Made by a program: the position numbers and the translations under genes. Source: a virus (lineage: Duplodnaviria; Heunggongvirae; Uroviricota; Caudoviricetes). Taken from it: 25,707 nucleotides of DNA. Below the pieces are notes generated by a model that saw only the letters and a list, made by a program, of their open reading frames with translations, was not told the origin of the DNA and searched no databases. Where the stretch lies: positions 205,860 to 231,566 of the IMG/VR virus record IMGVR_UViG_3300028797_000096. The stretch is one strand, 5' to 3'. Positions 1 through 9,481 of the stretch are shown one piece after another (the first letter of the stretch is position 1; the number at the start of each line of letters is the position of its first letter).

Positions 1-42
1 AGTAATACTACTTTAGACATAAGTTTAAACCCAGAAGAATAA
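1..42 (+). CDS. probable 3' end of an upstream gene (partial, ...SNTTLDISLNPEE*)
   Basis: Frame 1 is open from the window edge to TAA at 40-42 and is followed by an intergenic region carrying the AGTTCTA motif. Confidence 0.35.
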   Translation, partial: SNTTLDISLNPEE

Positions 43-73
43 ACAAAAATCACTAATTTCTAAGAAAAATTGG

Positions 74-80
74 AGTTCTA
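74..80 (+). promoter_or_regulatory. AGTTCTA motif, candidate phage late promoter element
   Basis: AGTTCTA(TATAAC) 45 nt upstream of ORF 126; the same motif lies upstream of several other genes in matching orientation. Confidence 0.55.
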
Positions 81-125
81 TATAACAGTAACCAAAGATT
101 CCCAAAAAATTAAGAGATAAAGTAA

Positions 126-2528
126 ATGTTAGTTTCAAGAAATGTTTTACAGTCCTACCCAGATTTACGTGGACAATCTAATAATTATTATTTTGCTTCT
201 AGACAAGATAGAAATACCTACTTTAGTAACCAGCCAATTGCAGAAATGCAATTATGTGCTGTAGGTGGTAATCCAGATTCTACAAATTGGGATGAAGTAG
301 TATGGGAAGTTGAACAATTTAATGGTGAAAACTGGGCAGTTGTTCCTATGGATACTAATTTTGCATTAGTTGTAACTAATGAAGGTATTCAAGCTTTAAC
401 CAATGCTTCTCTAGGCCAATATAAATTAGAAATTTCGCGTGTTGCTATAAAGCAATCTTTATTTCCATCTGGAACTTCTTTAGCTAGTTTAACAAAATCT
501 GATTTCTTCAGTAATTATGAAGACATTTGTTTAGATACTAAAAATGTATTAAATTCTACATTTACTTTAGATAACAGTCTATCTTATCGTACAAATTTAT
601 TAAATGGTGGATTACAATTTACAGTTGAATTAGGATTAGATTGTTTAGGACAAGAATCTTTATCTGAAACAAGCCGTATTGCTCCAACATTAGTGGTTTT
701 TGATGTAGCTGTAATTGGTTTATTTGTAAAAGATCAAAGAGATACAAATAGTACTGAAGATATTTTATTTGGAATAGCATGTTTACCTGCGGTTGTACAA
801 AAGATTGCAACAACCCCTACTCGTGTTGGTAATTCATTAAAATTCTACTTGAATACTACATTAAGTAATATGGCTAATGTTACTAATTTATCTGTATTAA
901 AAAGCTCAGTTAATAGTGTACCCGAAGTATCAAAAGATGATGATTTAATCGATACTTATGATGGTATTTCTGCACCCTATAATCTTTATTTAGTAGATAA
1001 TTATAGTGGAACAAATATTCCTGCTTTGGCTGTTAGAAAAGGTAACCCTTTAAATAGTACTACTCCTATTTCTTGGACATATTTTACACCAACTGATGAT
1101 AATGTATATATTTCTGATACATCTTTAATCGATTTATATGATGAGCTTACAAATCCAACAGGGTTACGTAATTATATGATTGCAGCTTGGGATAATGACT
1201 CAGGAAAATATGTTGCAGCAGATGGATCAGATACCGATCAGCAAATGGCAGGTTTATATAATAATTATTATTTGTCTTATGCCGGTAAAATTAATAATAT
1301 GAATACTCGTTATAATTATTCATATCAATGGAATAATGATGCTGCTGTTAATTATAGAGAAGGTGATACTTTACTAGTAAGTTTTGATAATCCTTCTAAT
1401 CCTACACAATCTCAAACATTTACAATTAAAGTTATTGGCTTAGAAAATGCAGAAATGGGTAAACCAAATGAATTTTATGTAACTCCAACTTCTGGTAATA
1501 CATTTATTGGTACAGATAACCCATACAGAGATGTTAGTTATAGATATATAGAACCAGGAAGAACTTTAGGTACTGGTTTATTATTTAAAGTTAATGCAAT
1601 AAATGCAGATTCAATTAGTTGGAATTTCCCAACGAGTTGGTTAAGTAAACCATTATATGTTGATTATGACCATAGTACTGAAAGTGCAGCTACATGGGAA
1701 AGTTATTGTATTAGTATTGGTTTAGATCCAACTACAGAAAATAAAAATCGCTGTGGTAAATTAACAATTGAAAGAACAGCTATGTTTGTGGGTTGGTGTG
1801 TAGATAGTAATGCAATTAAATTAGCATTAGACTTACGTAATGAAGCAACTGAAACAACGTATGGTACTACAGCTTATGCAACAAATGCAGAAGTAAATAA
1901 TGTATATGGAAATTCTGTAGCTAAAAATACAAAATCAGTAACTCCAGAAACCTTACAAAATAATTACTTACAAACAACTATTCCAGGAACTCCACGCACT
2001 TTAAATGGTAATGAAGGTAATGCAATAAACAATCCTATTGTAGTTAATACATATACCAGATTTGATAAAGTAATTTATGGTAAAGGTACTTCATACTCAG
2101 CAAGCGGTAATTTATCTAATGTATCTTTCTATGGTACTGCATATCGTGCGTTATGGGAAGACTTAGCAGAATATTATAGATCAGATAAAATTTACCCAGC
2201 TGGTACATTGATTTGCATTGGTAGTGGTAACGCTGAAATTACAGAAGCAAAAACAGAATGTAACGGTATTATTTCTACAAAGCCTGGATATGAATTAGGC
2301 GAAAAGAAAGATGCTCGTGATTTACCTGTTGCTTTAATTGGTAAAGTACCAGTATTATTTGCAGATGATTGTGTACCTAGTTTTGGTGAAAAAATATATT
2401 TGTCTAAAACCACTCCAGGTAGAGCATCAACTATACCAAATGGTAAATGCTTAGGTAAAGTAATCGATAAACGTGAAGATTTAAATCAAACACATTCTAT
2501 CTTATGCTCAATTAGAATTGAATTTTAA
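126..2528 (+). CDS. phage tail fibre/baseplate protein with C-terminal Peptidase_G2-like intramolecular chaperone
   Basis: VVTNEGIQALTNA...LEISRVAI resembles tail-fibre N-terminal (DUF3751-like) domains; EATETTYGTTAYATNAEV...VTPETL resembles the T4 gp34/gp12 fibre repeat; C-terminal DLAEYY...GIISTKPG...PVALIGKVPV fits the G2 autoproteolytic chaperone pattern. Confidence 0.75.
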   Translation: MLVSRNVLQSYPDLRGQSNNYYFASRQDRNTYFSNQPIAEMQLCAVGGNPDSTNWDEVVWEVEQFNGENWAVVPMDTNFALVVTNEGIQALTNASLGQYKLEISRVAIKQSLFPSGTSLASLTKSDFFSNYEDICLDTKNVLNSTFTLDNSLSYRTNLLNGGLQFTVELGLDCLGQESLSETSRIAPTLVVFDVAVIGLFVKDQRDTNSTEDILFGIACLPAVVQKIATTPTRVGNSLKFYLNTTLSNMANVTNLSVLKSSVNSVPEVSKDDDLIDTYDGISAPYNLYLVDNYSGTNIPALAVRKGNPLNSTTPISWTYFTPTDDNVYISDTSLIDLYDELTNPTGLRNYMIAAWDNDSGKYVAADGSDTDQQMAGLYNNYYLSYAGKINNMNTRYNYSYQWNNDAAVNYREGDTLLVSFDNPSNPTQSQTFTIKVIGLENAEMGKPNEFYVTPTSGNTFIGTDNPYRDVSYRYIEPGRTLGTGLLFKVNAINADSISWNFPTSWLSKPLYVDYDHSTESAATWESYCISIGLDPTTENKNRCGKLTIERTAMFVGWCVDSNAIKLALDLRNEATETTYGTTAYATNAEVNNVYGNSVAKNTKSVTPETLQNNYLQTTIPGTPRTLNGNEGNAINNPIVVNTYTRFDKVIYGKGTSYSASGNLSNVSFYGTAYRALWEDLAEYYRSDKIYPAGTLICIGSGNAEITEAKTECNGIISTKPGYELGEKKDARDLPVALIGKVPVLFADDCVPSFGEKIYLSKTTPGRASTIPNGKCLGKVIDKREDLNQTHSILCSIRIEF

Positions 2529-2543
2529 TTAAAGGATACATAA

Positions 2544-4043
2544 ATGGCAGATGCACAAGCGGTTAGCTTTCGTAAAGGAACTTCAGTTGAACATGAAACT
2601 TTTCGTGGTGTTGAAGGTGAAGTAACTGTAGATTTAACAAATAAAACAGTATGGGTACATAAAGGCGATGGTAATAAAGGTACTCCTTTAGCGCGTGCTG
2701 ATTTTGCTAATTTAGATCAAGCTGCTCTTACAAATGGAAATATCGCAAATCGTGGTTTAAGTAATGTTGTAATAAGTGAAGTTAGTACAGTAAAAGATAG
2801 CTTAGCCCCTTTAGGATATGCATATAAAGATTTTTCTAATGGAGAATTCGATAAAGCCGATACAACAGGTTTAACTACAGCAAATAGATTACATACTGGA
2901 ACAAATAAAAATCTAGCTTATGCAGATCTTTCAAACATTAACGATAACAATTATAGTAATCCAGCAGTAGCCAAAGCTGCTATTAGTACAGTATTAGCTA
3001 CAAATAACGATGATGTATTTGTTAGATATGATATGTCTAATGCACAAACTGAAATACTAGCAGGTAGTTCTGGTACATTACCTACAGGTCAAAAAGCTTT
3101 AGCTTATCAAGATTGTTCTAATATTAATACTACAAATTTAGCAACAAGCACTGGGCATAGTGGAACAAATTTAGCTTATGCAACACTTGAAAACACAAGT
3201 TTAGATAGTACAGCATTAGCTCATATATGGAATGAAGGGATCCAAATAAATAGTAATCTAATTAATTTAAATAATGCAGATCCATTAAATACAAACACCT
3301 ATCCTACTGCTATCTCTGTTAAACAAACTATTGATAATTTAAATGTTCTTCCTAATCTACCTTCTGAAAGCGCTGTAGAAAATATTATATTAAGAGGAAC
3401 TTATCATTTTGAAAATGAAATTACTATTAATAATGGTGGTACAGGTTATTCTATAGGTGATACAATAACAATAGAAAGCAGTATTGCTTCTTTTGATGTT
3501 GAAGTAGCTAATGTTGATATGAATGGTGCTATTACAGGAATTACACCAGACTTTACATTTACCAATGAAGATCGTACTCAATCTGCTATACCTACAACTA
3601 CTAGTGGAAGTGGTATAGATGCAACAATTAATATTGTAAGTACAAGAATTATACCAGCTACCATGGCAGATGTTAACTGGTCAGATACAATTAATAGTCG
3701 AAATATAGAATTTGAAAATAGTTCAGTTATTAGTGGCTACAGTAATTATATTAAACCAAGAGCAGATATCGGTACTATATCTTCAGTAACAGAGGCTTTA
3801 CAAACATTAGGCTTAACATTACAAGATTTAGTATTTATTAATAATATATCTATTGCAGATGATATCGATGGTATTATAACCGTAACTACTTCTGCTGCAA
3901 TTACTTCAGCCCCATTAATTAGAACATTAATTGGTAGCCTAGCAATTACTGGAACATGGTCTGGCTCTGGAACTTCTTGGACATTCACACCAGATGTTCC
4001 TTCTGATGTATTAGATCAATCTTGGATTATTAAATTATCATAA
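2544..4043 (+). CDS. phage tail fibre/virion protein with Mtd_N-like N-terminal domain and internal repeats
   Basis: N-terminal VSFRKGTSVEHETFRGVEGEVTVDLTNKTVWVHKG..G.PLARAD resembles Mtd_N/hyaluronidase N-terminus; about 7 LAYxDxSN repeats; ITINNGGTGYSIGD motif; AAGGA RBS. Confidence 0.75.
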   Translation: MADAQAVSFRKGTSVEHETFRGVEGEVTVDLTNKTVWVHKGDGNKGTPLARADFANLDQAALTNGNIANRGLSNVVISEVSTVKDSLAPLGYAYKDFSNGEFDKADTTGLTTANRLHTGTNKNLAYADLSNINDNNYSNPAVAKAAISTVLATNNDDVFVRYDMSNAQTEILAGSSGTLPTGQKALAYQDCSNINTTNLATSTGHSGTNLAYATLENTSLDSTALAHIWNEGIQINSNLINLNNADPLNTNTYPTAISVKQTIDNLNVLPNLPSESAVENIILRGTYHFENEITINNGGTGYSIGDTITIESSIASFDVEVANVDMNGAITGITPDFTFTNEDRTQSAIPTTTSGSGIDATINIVSTRIIPATMADVNWSDTINSRNIEFENSSVISGYSNYIKPRADIGTISSVTEALQTLGLTLQDLVFINNISIADDIDGIITVTTSAAITSAPLIRTLIGSLAITGTWSGSGTSWTFTPDVPSDVLDQSWIIKLS

Positions 4044-4052
4044 GGATAGTAC

Positions 4053-4208
4053 ATGTTATATAATTATGGTAAATGTGCAATATATTTAAATAGATCTGTA
4101 ACACCCACAAATGGATGGGAATATAATATAAATCAAGATAATACTGCTACATTACACAGATATGTAGGTCCATCAAATACAGTAACTGTACCTACAACAA
4201 TTGCATAA
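4053..4208 (+). CDS. small 51-aa ORF absent from the ORF track (MLYNYGKCAIYLNRSVTPTNGWEYNINQDNTATLHRYVGPSNTVTVPTTIA), resembling a BspA-type LRR N-cap
   Basis: AAGGA RBS about 6 nt before ATG 4053; TAA at 4206-4208; fills the gap between two + strand genes. Confidence 0.7.
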   Translation: MLYNYGKCAIYLNRSVTPTNGWEYNINQDNTATLHRYVGPSNTVTVPTTIA

Positions 4209-4229
4209 ATCATTTAAAAGGAGTCACAT

Positions 4230-4661
4230 GTGGAAATATTACCAGATACATATTTGGTAATTACAGCAACTGATATATTACAAGGCGATATATCTACATC
4301 TAAATATAATAATATAGAAATCTGGCATAGAATAAAAGTAATTCATTTCTTTAATACTGCCAGATTATTTTTTTATAAAGAATTTAATGTAAATGTAACA
4401 GAATTTCATTTAATTCAAGCAAAAAACGCTTCTAAAGAACCAATTCCAGATCCAAACGGGCATTATTCTTGGTTAAGAATTAAAACTAAAGATAACCAAT
4501 TATCTGATTGGATAGTTACAGATTTTTATCCATCTAAAACATACTGCGCAGCAAGTGCCGCTTTTGATACTGGAAATTTAACACAAGCTAATAGTGCATT
4601 TAGATTTGGATTAGTTCAATCTTTATCTAATAATAACTATTCTATAACAGATTTAGTATAA
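4230..4661 (+). CDS. hypothetical protein (143 aa, GTG start)
   Basis: AAGGAG RBS at 4218-4223; open frame; 3' end overlaps the convergent ORF by 25 nt. Confidence 0.65.
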   Translation: MEILPDTYLVITATDILQGDISTSKYNNIEIWHRIKVIHFFNTARLFFYKEFNVNVTEFHLIQAKNASKEPIPDPNGHYSWLRIKTKDNQLSDWIVTDFYPSKTYCAASAAFDTGNLTQANSAFRFGLVQSLSNNNYSITDLV

Positions 4662-5047
4662 ATTAAATTATATACATACCATTTAAATGATTTAGGCTCT
4701 TCTTCTGAAATATCATATAATACACCATTCTCATCAAGTGCCAATCTATCTATAGAATGATATATACCATTAGTAAAATCATGATTTTGTTGATCTTTTA
4801 GTACTGTATACTCATCTTCTGTAAAAAATAAACATGCACTATATTCTATTTCTGTTCCAGGTGTTTTTAATAAAGGAAAAGTATTTGTATATTTAGAAAA
4901 ATATGGAATTAAAAATTCTAAATTTTTACTAGTTAAATAAGCTTTATCTAAATAAATAATATCATCTTCTGGAATATCTATAAATAGTGATGGATCTTCT
5001 TGATCTATTATATCTTGATCATCAAAATATTTATATTGTATAATCAT
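4637..5047 (-). CDS. acidic hypothetical protein at the end of the radical SAM cluster
   Basis: GAGGA RBS and its own upstream AGTTCTA motif; 136-aa open frame. Confidence 0.7.
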   Translation of the reverse strand: MIIQYKYFDDQDIIDQEDPSLFIDIPEDDIIYLDKAYLTSKNLEFLIPYFSKYTNTFPLLKTPGTEIEYSACLFFTEDEYTVLKDQQNHDFTNGIYHSIDRLALDENGVLYDISEEEPKSFKWYVYNLIYTKSVIE

Positions 5048-5069
5048 TATTCTATCCTCATTATTAATA

Positions 5070-5076
5070 TAGAACT
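5070..5076 (-). promoter_or_regulatory. AGTTCTA motif
   Basis: TAGAACT on + strand in the 30-nt intergenic gap, about 23 nt upstream of ORF 4637..5047. Confidence 0.55.
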
Positions 5077-5077
5077 A

Positions 5078-6121
5078 TTAATTTTTTGCTAACCATTCAT
5101 AGAACATTTTTATTGCACACCCTTGGTTTTTACTATTTTCATGCATTTTACTTGCCATACAAGGTAATCTACAATAAGAATAATGTTTACATAAATTACA
5201 ATTCAAATTAGAAGTAGCAATAGTGTATTGCCTTTCTGTGCATTGATCTGATAAGCATTCTTTTAAAGTCATACCATATTCTTTCAACATATTTAAGGTA
5301 CCCGAACGGATTAAACAACTAAAAGTAAGCTTATTATTTATAAATGAACAACTATTTGAGCAAACACAATATCTTCCATTTGGATTTTTATAACTTTCTA
5401 TTAATTTGTTTATTTCATCTATATTATTATACCCTTTTTGATAATAATATTTATAAAACTCAAATAAATCCTCATTTGAAGGTGCATATTTTTCCCAATT
5501 TTTATTATAAATATAATATTCTGGATATAACTGATAATTTTTAAGTCTATCTAATACATCTGAATTAAGATATGCAATAATATTTGGCTTAGTCAGTGTA
5601 ATTGATATAACTTGTGGTCTAAAATATCTAATATTTTGCCACCATAGGTCTTCTTGCCTCTGATTATTAAATCTTTCTACTGGATCATAAGAAGTGGCAA
5701 TAACACTATTAGTATCATCTAAAAAATCTTGTACTCTTTTTATGTTTTTAAAGACTAAATTTGAAGAATAACAAAATTCAACTGTATATTTATATGAAAT
5801 AGCCCAAGTTTCTATAGTATGTTGTAAATATGCATAAGCTTCTAGGTATTCATCACTTAAACTATCCATAAAAACTTCGCCTCCCCAAACACGAAAAGTA
5901 AGATGTTTAATATTAGGACGGCTCTGCAAAGCTTCTTTTAATTGTGGTAATAAATATTTAGATAATTCTTTAATTTCTTGAGGAGTTTTAATAGAAGTAT
6001 GCTCCTGAAAACAAAATTTACAGCCCAAATTACATCTGTCAAATAAAATTAGACAAATTTCTAAAAAATCATAGCTTGGATAAAATTGTTTATATAATTT
6101 ATTCATTATCAAATAACTCAA
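5078..6121 (-). CDS. radical SAM protein with C-terminal SPASM-like Cys cluster (rSAM-7)
   Basis: CNLGCKFC, WGGEVF, TSYDPVERF, C-terminal CVCSNSC...C and CNLCKHYSYCRLPC...C. Confidence 0.92.
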   Translation of the reverse strand: MSYLIMNKLYKQFYPSYDFLEICLILFDRCNLGCKFCFQEHTSIKTPQEIKELSKYLLPQLKEALQSRPNIKHLTFRVWGGEVFMDSLSDEYLEAYAYLQHTIETWAISYKYTVEFCYSSNLVFKNIKRVQDFLDDTNSVIATSYDPVERFNNQRQEDLWWQNIRYFRPQVISITLTKPNIIAYLNSDVLDRLKNYQLYPEYYIYNKNWEKYAPSNEDLFEFYKYYYQKGYNNIDEINKLIESYKNPNGRYCVCSNSCSFINNKLTFSCLIRSGTLNMLKEYGMTLKECLSDQCTERQYTIATSNLNCNLCKHYSYCRLPCMASKMHENSKNQGCAIKMFYEWLAKN

Positions 6122-7259
6122 ACAAGGCTTTTAATTGGCATTTTTGAGGTTTTTGCTTAACAATTGATTGAATAAAACATTTTGGTTTACAAAAAGGTTT
6201 ATATTTACAATACATACAACCAAATTTATTATCAAAGTAAGCTTTAACCTCTTGTTTATTGCTTAAACAATACAATCCTTCATTATTCTTTGGTATAAAT
6301 TGTAATATTTCATCATATTTATGCTCACTTATATTACTTAATATACTACTTATACAATTTTTATTGATTATTCTTAATTCATCATCTGTATATACTGCTT
6401 CTGTATTGATTGATTCGGCTGCAAATTGTAATAAAATACACTCATTTCTAGGCTGATTGTCTATATATTTGTGAGATATTCTATTTTTATAAAAAGATAA
6501 AACAGAATGGTTAGGAAAATTTTCTTTTATCTTAGTATAAAAACTTACCAAATCTTCTGTAGTTGGATATAAATCATAATTTTCTATATTATTTAATATA
6601 TAATCTTCAAATGAAATATCATACTTATCATTATTTAATAATATTTCATTTAAAATTTCACTACCTTCTTTATTTTGTAAATAATTTTGAATTCCATACG
6701 TAGTTAATATCATTTCTACCATAATTTTTTTATCTAAAGAAGATTGTAATGTTTTTAAATTATTATTCCATAAAATTAATTGCTCCTTAGTACTAAATCT
6801 ACCCCATAAATCAAAAGATGTAGTAATACAAACATTTATACTTAATTTCATTAAAAATTTAGACAACTCAATAAAATAAACCAAATGCTCTTGATCTAAT
6901 AATAAATTACTTTGAATATTAAATCTAATTTTTATATAACGTTTAGCTACAATATCATATAAATCTTTTGCAACTTGTTTATATAGATCAAAATATTGTT
7001 TATCTAAATAAAATAATTCACCTGCAACAAAGAAAAATGTAATGGTAATATCCGGAGGTAATTCATAAAGGTGTTTATTTAGCCAATTTTTAGTATTTGT
7101 AGTAGTTTTAATAAAATGATCTAACGATACATTATTATTAATCATTCTTTTTGATATAATACAAAATTTACAATTATTATTACAAGAAGTCTTACTCAAT
7201 CCAAATGGATTTATAGTTAATTCTTTTGAATATTTTAAATATTCTAATAAATCTTTCAT
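6099..7259 (-). CDS. radical SAM protein (rSAM-6)
   Basis: CNNNCKFC, AGELFYL, TSFDLWGRF, C-terminal CMYCKYKPFCKPKC...C. Confidence 0.9.
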   Translation of the reverse strand: MKDLLEYLKYSKELTINPFGLSKTSCNNNCKFCIISKRMINNNVSLDHFIKTTTNTKNWLNKHLYELPPDITITFFFVAGELFYLDKQYFDLYKQVAKDLYDIVAKRYIKIRFNIQSNLLLDQEHLVYFIELSKFLMKLSINVCITTSFDLWGRFSTKEQLILWNNNLKTLQSSLDKKIMVEMILTTYGIQNYLQNKEGSEILNEILLNNDKYDISFEDYILNNIENYDLYPTTEDLVSFYTKIKENFPNHSVLSFYKNRISHKYIDNQPRNECILLQFAAESINTEAVYTDDELRIINKNCISSILSNISEHKYDEILQFIPKNNEGLYCLSNKQEVKAYFDNKFGCMYCKYKPFCKPKCFIQSIVKQKPQKCQLKALFELFDNE

Positions 7260-7307
7260 TTTATTAATGTTTCTTATAATCTATATAAGCTATCTTTTTC
7301 ATAAAAC

Positions 7308-8513
7308 TTATTCATTTATTAACTCGTATACTTGTTTTTTCCAACATTCTTTAGGCATATATTTTAAAGTCATTATACCCATACAATACCTATTACATAC
7401 ATTACTATACTTACAAAAATCGCAATGTAATGTTTTATTAAAATATTTATCTACTAACTTTGGTTGATCAATACATATAATACCAGATTTAGGTAAATCT
7501 TCATCAAAATCTCTGTTTATATCAAAGTTAGGCATATTATGGTATTGTGTATAAATACAAGAATCAATAGGTACTGAGCCATCTTCAATACATTCATGAT
7601 GATATGGAGGTTGAGTCCATCCAGGTACATTAAACGTTAAAGCATGACAATTGTTATAATAATATGTTGGTTTAGGAATATTTAAATCTTCAACTTTATA
7701 TGCATTAATTATATCACAATTTGGATGTTTTTCTTTAACTTTTTTATAAAAAGCCAATACTAATTCTTTTGAAGGAATTAATTCTTTAATTTGTTCTTCT
7801 GAATTAGGTACATATTCTTGCATTGTTATAGAAATTTTTGGATTTTTTAATAGCTCATCAAATATTCTACATAATACCATATTTGTTTCATTAATATAAG
7901 TTTCTAAAGCTGGTGTAATCAATAATGTTTCAACATGGATCTTTTCATTTTCATCTAATTGTTCCATTAATAATTTAATAGTATTCATCCAATTAAATAA
8001 GCTTTGTGGAGTATTAAATCTACCCCATAAATCAAAAGAAGTACAAATATTCGGATGTTTACCTAACAAATTACTACATTTATTATAAAAATCTACAAAA
8101 GCTTTTACTCTATCTTCATTAAATAATAAATTAGTAAACAAATTAACAACAGGAGTCTTTTTTAATATAGGTGATAATAAATTCCATCCTGTTTCTAACC
8201 AATTATAATATTCAGTATAATAATCATCTGGCAAATAAAATAATTCCCCACCGATCATTTGAAAATTACATTTGATATCTAACAAATTATTTTTTATAAG
8301 TTGTGGAATTATAGTATCTTTAATCCATTTATATTGAGAATCTTTAGCGATACGTAAATCTTTTATAGACTGAGGTAATCCCATACAGTCTGCTGTAATA
8401 CAAAATTTACATCTATTATTACAAGATGGACGAATTGGATCATAGCTAATTACTTCTAAAATTTTAGACTTTTTAATACATTCTATATAACTCTGCGTAT
8501 TTAAATACTTCAT
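7308..8513 (-). CDS. radical SAM protein (rSAM-5)
   Basis: CNNRCKFC, GGELFYL, TSFDLWGRF, C-terminal CDFCKYSNVCNRYC...C. Confidence 0.92.
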   Translation of the reverse strand: MKYLNTQSYIECIKKSKILEVISYDPIRPSCNNRCKFCITADCMGLPQSIKDLRIAKDSQYKWIKDTIIPQLIKNNLLDIKCNFQMIGGELFYLPDDYYTEYYNWLETGWNLLSPILKKTPVVNLFTNLLFNEDRVKAFVDFYNKCSNLLGKHPNICTSFDLWGRFNTPQSLFNWMNTIKLLMEQLDENEKIHVETLLITPALETYINETNMVLCRIFDELLKNPKISITMQEYVPNSEEQIKELIPSKELVLAFYKKVKEKHPNCDIINAYKVEDLNIPKPTYYYNNCHALTFNVPGWTQPPYHHECIEDGSVPIDSCIYTQYHNMPNFDINRDFDEDLPKSGIICIDQPKLVDKYFNKTLHCDFCKYSNVCNRYCMGIMTLKYMPKECWKKQVYELINE

Positions 8514-9481
8514 CTTAATATCTCTTCATATATTTTAGTTAAGCCTGGGCAACCTGTCTCATCAAACTGTAATTGACAACAATCGCCATTACATATTTTG
8601 TAGAACTTACAGAATTTACAAGGATTTGGAATACTTTTTTCTATTTTAATTAAAGTATCTTCTAAATTTTTATTATATATATTATCTTTGGTTTTTATAA
8701 TCTTATCTGAACAATTTGGGCATGCACCTAATGATCCATCTGTATTTAAAGTACGAACATTCTGCATACATTCTCTTCTTCTACACCCAAAAAAGTCTTG
8801 CTTATAATGTATTAACTCTTCAAACAAAGGAATTTCTAATTGGAATTCTTTATTTACTATAAAAACTTCATATAACCAATCATCTATTTCTCGATTTGTT
8901 GGTTTAACCTTAACCTCTGCTGCTCTGCCAGTTTCTGTAATACGTTCAAAATTTACTATATGAATACCTAAAGCTTTAAAATAAGTTAATAATTCTTTTG
9001 GCTTATGTAATACAGTCTGATTATTAACAGTAACTATCACTTGAATATTAAAACCTAATTTTATCAATTTTCTTATATTTATTTCCCATAAATTTAATTG
9101 GTCTTTTGTTTTAAATCTATAATCATCTACATCCCAGCTTGTTTTAATAAACTTATTTGTAAACTTATTAAACAAATTTATATGATCTTCAGTTAAATCA
9201 TACATTAAATTAGTAGTAGCACTCCATATTACATTAGGAAAAGTATCTATTAACTCAATATAAGGTTTTGTATCTTTTATTAAATAAAAAGGTTCACCTC
9301 CATGAAATACACATTCTAAACTATCATCTTTAGCTAAACCTTTAAGCATATCACTAATTACTTCTTTAATTCTATTTATATCTAAAAAAGATATTTGCTG
9401 TAAAGTACATGGTTTATAACAACCTTTACAAGCTAAATTACAACTATCAGTTAAGCATAAATAAAGTTTTTTATTTGTCAT
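8510..9481 (-). CDS. radical SAM/SPASM protein (rSAM-4)
   Basis: CNLACKGC, FHGGEP, C....C...DGSLGACPNC, CKFCKFYKICNGDC...C. Confidence 0.93.
   Translation of the reverse strand: MTNKKLYLCLTDSCNLACKGCYKPCTLQQISFLDINRIKEVISDMLKGLAKDDSLECVFHGGEPFYLIKDTKPYIELIDTFPNVIWSATTNLMYDLTEDHINLFNKFTNKFIKTSWDVDDYRFKTKDQLNLWEINIRKLIKLGFNIQVIVTVNNQTVLHKPKELLTYFKALGIHIVNFERITETGRAAEVKVKPTNREIDDWLYEVFIVNKEFQLEIPLFEELIHYKQDFFGCRRRECMQNVRTLNTDGSLGACPNCSDKIIKTKDNIYNKNLEDTLIKIEKSIPNPCKFCKFYKICNGDCCQLQFDETGCPGLTKIYEEILR

Noticed and set aside
2544-4043. Diversity-generating retroelement suggested by the Mtd-like protein
   Set aside because: No reverse transcriptase and no adenine-variant repeat pair is visible in the window
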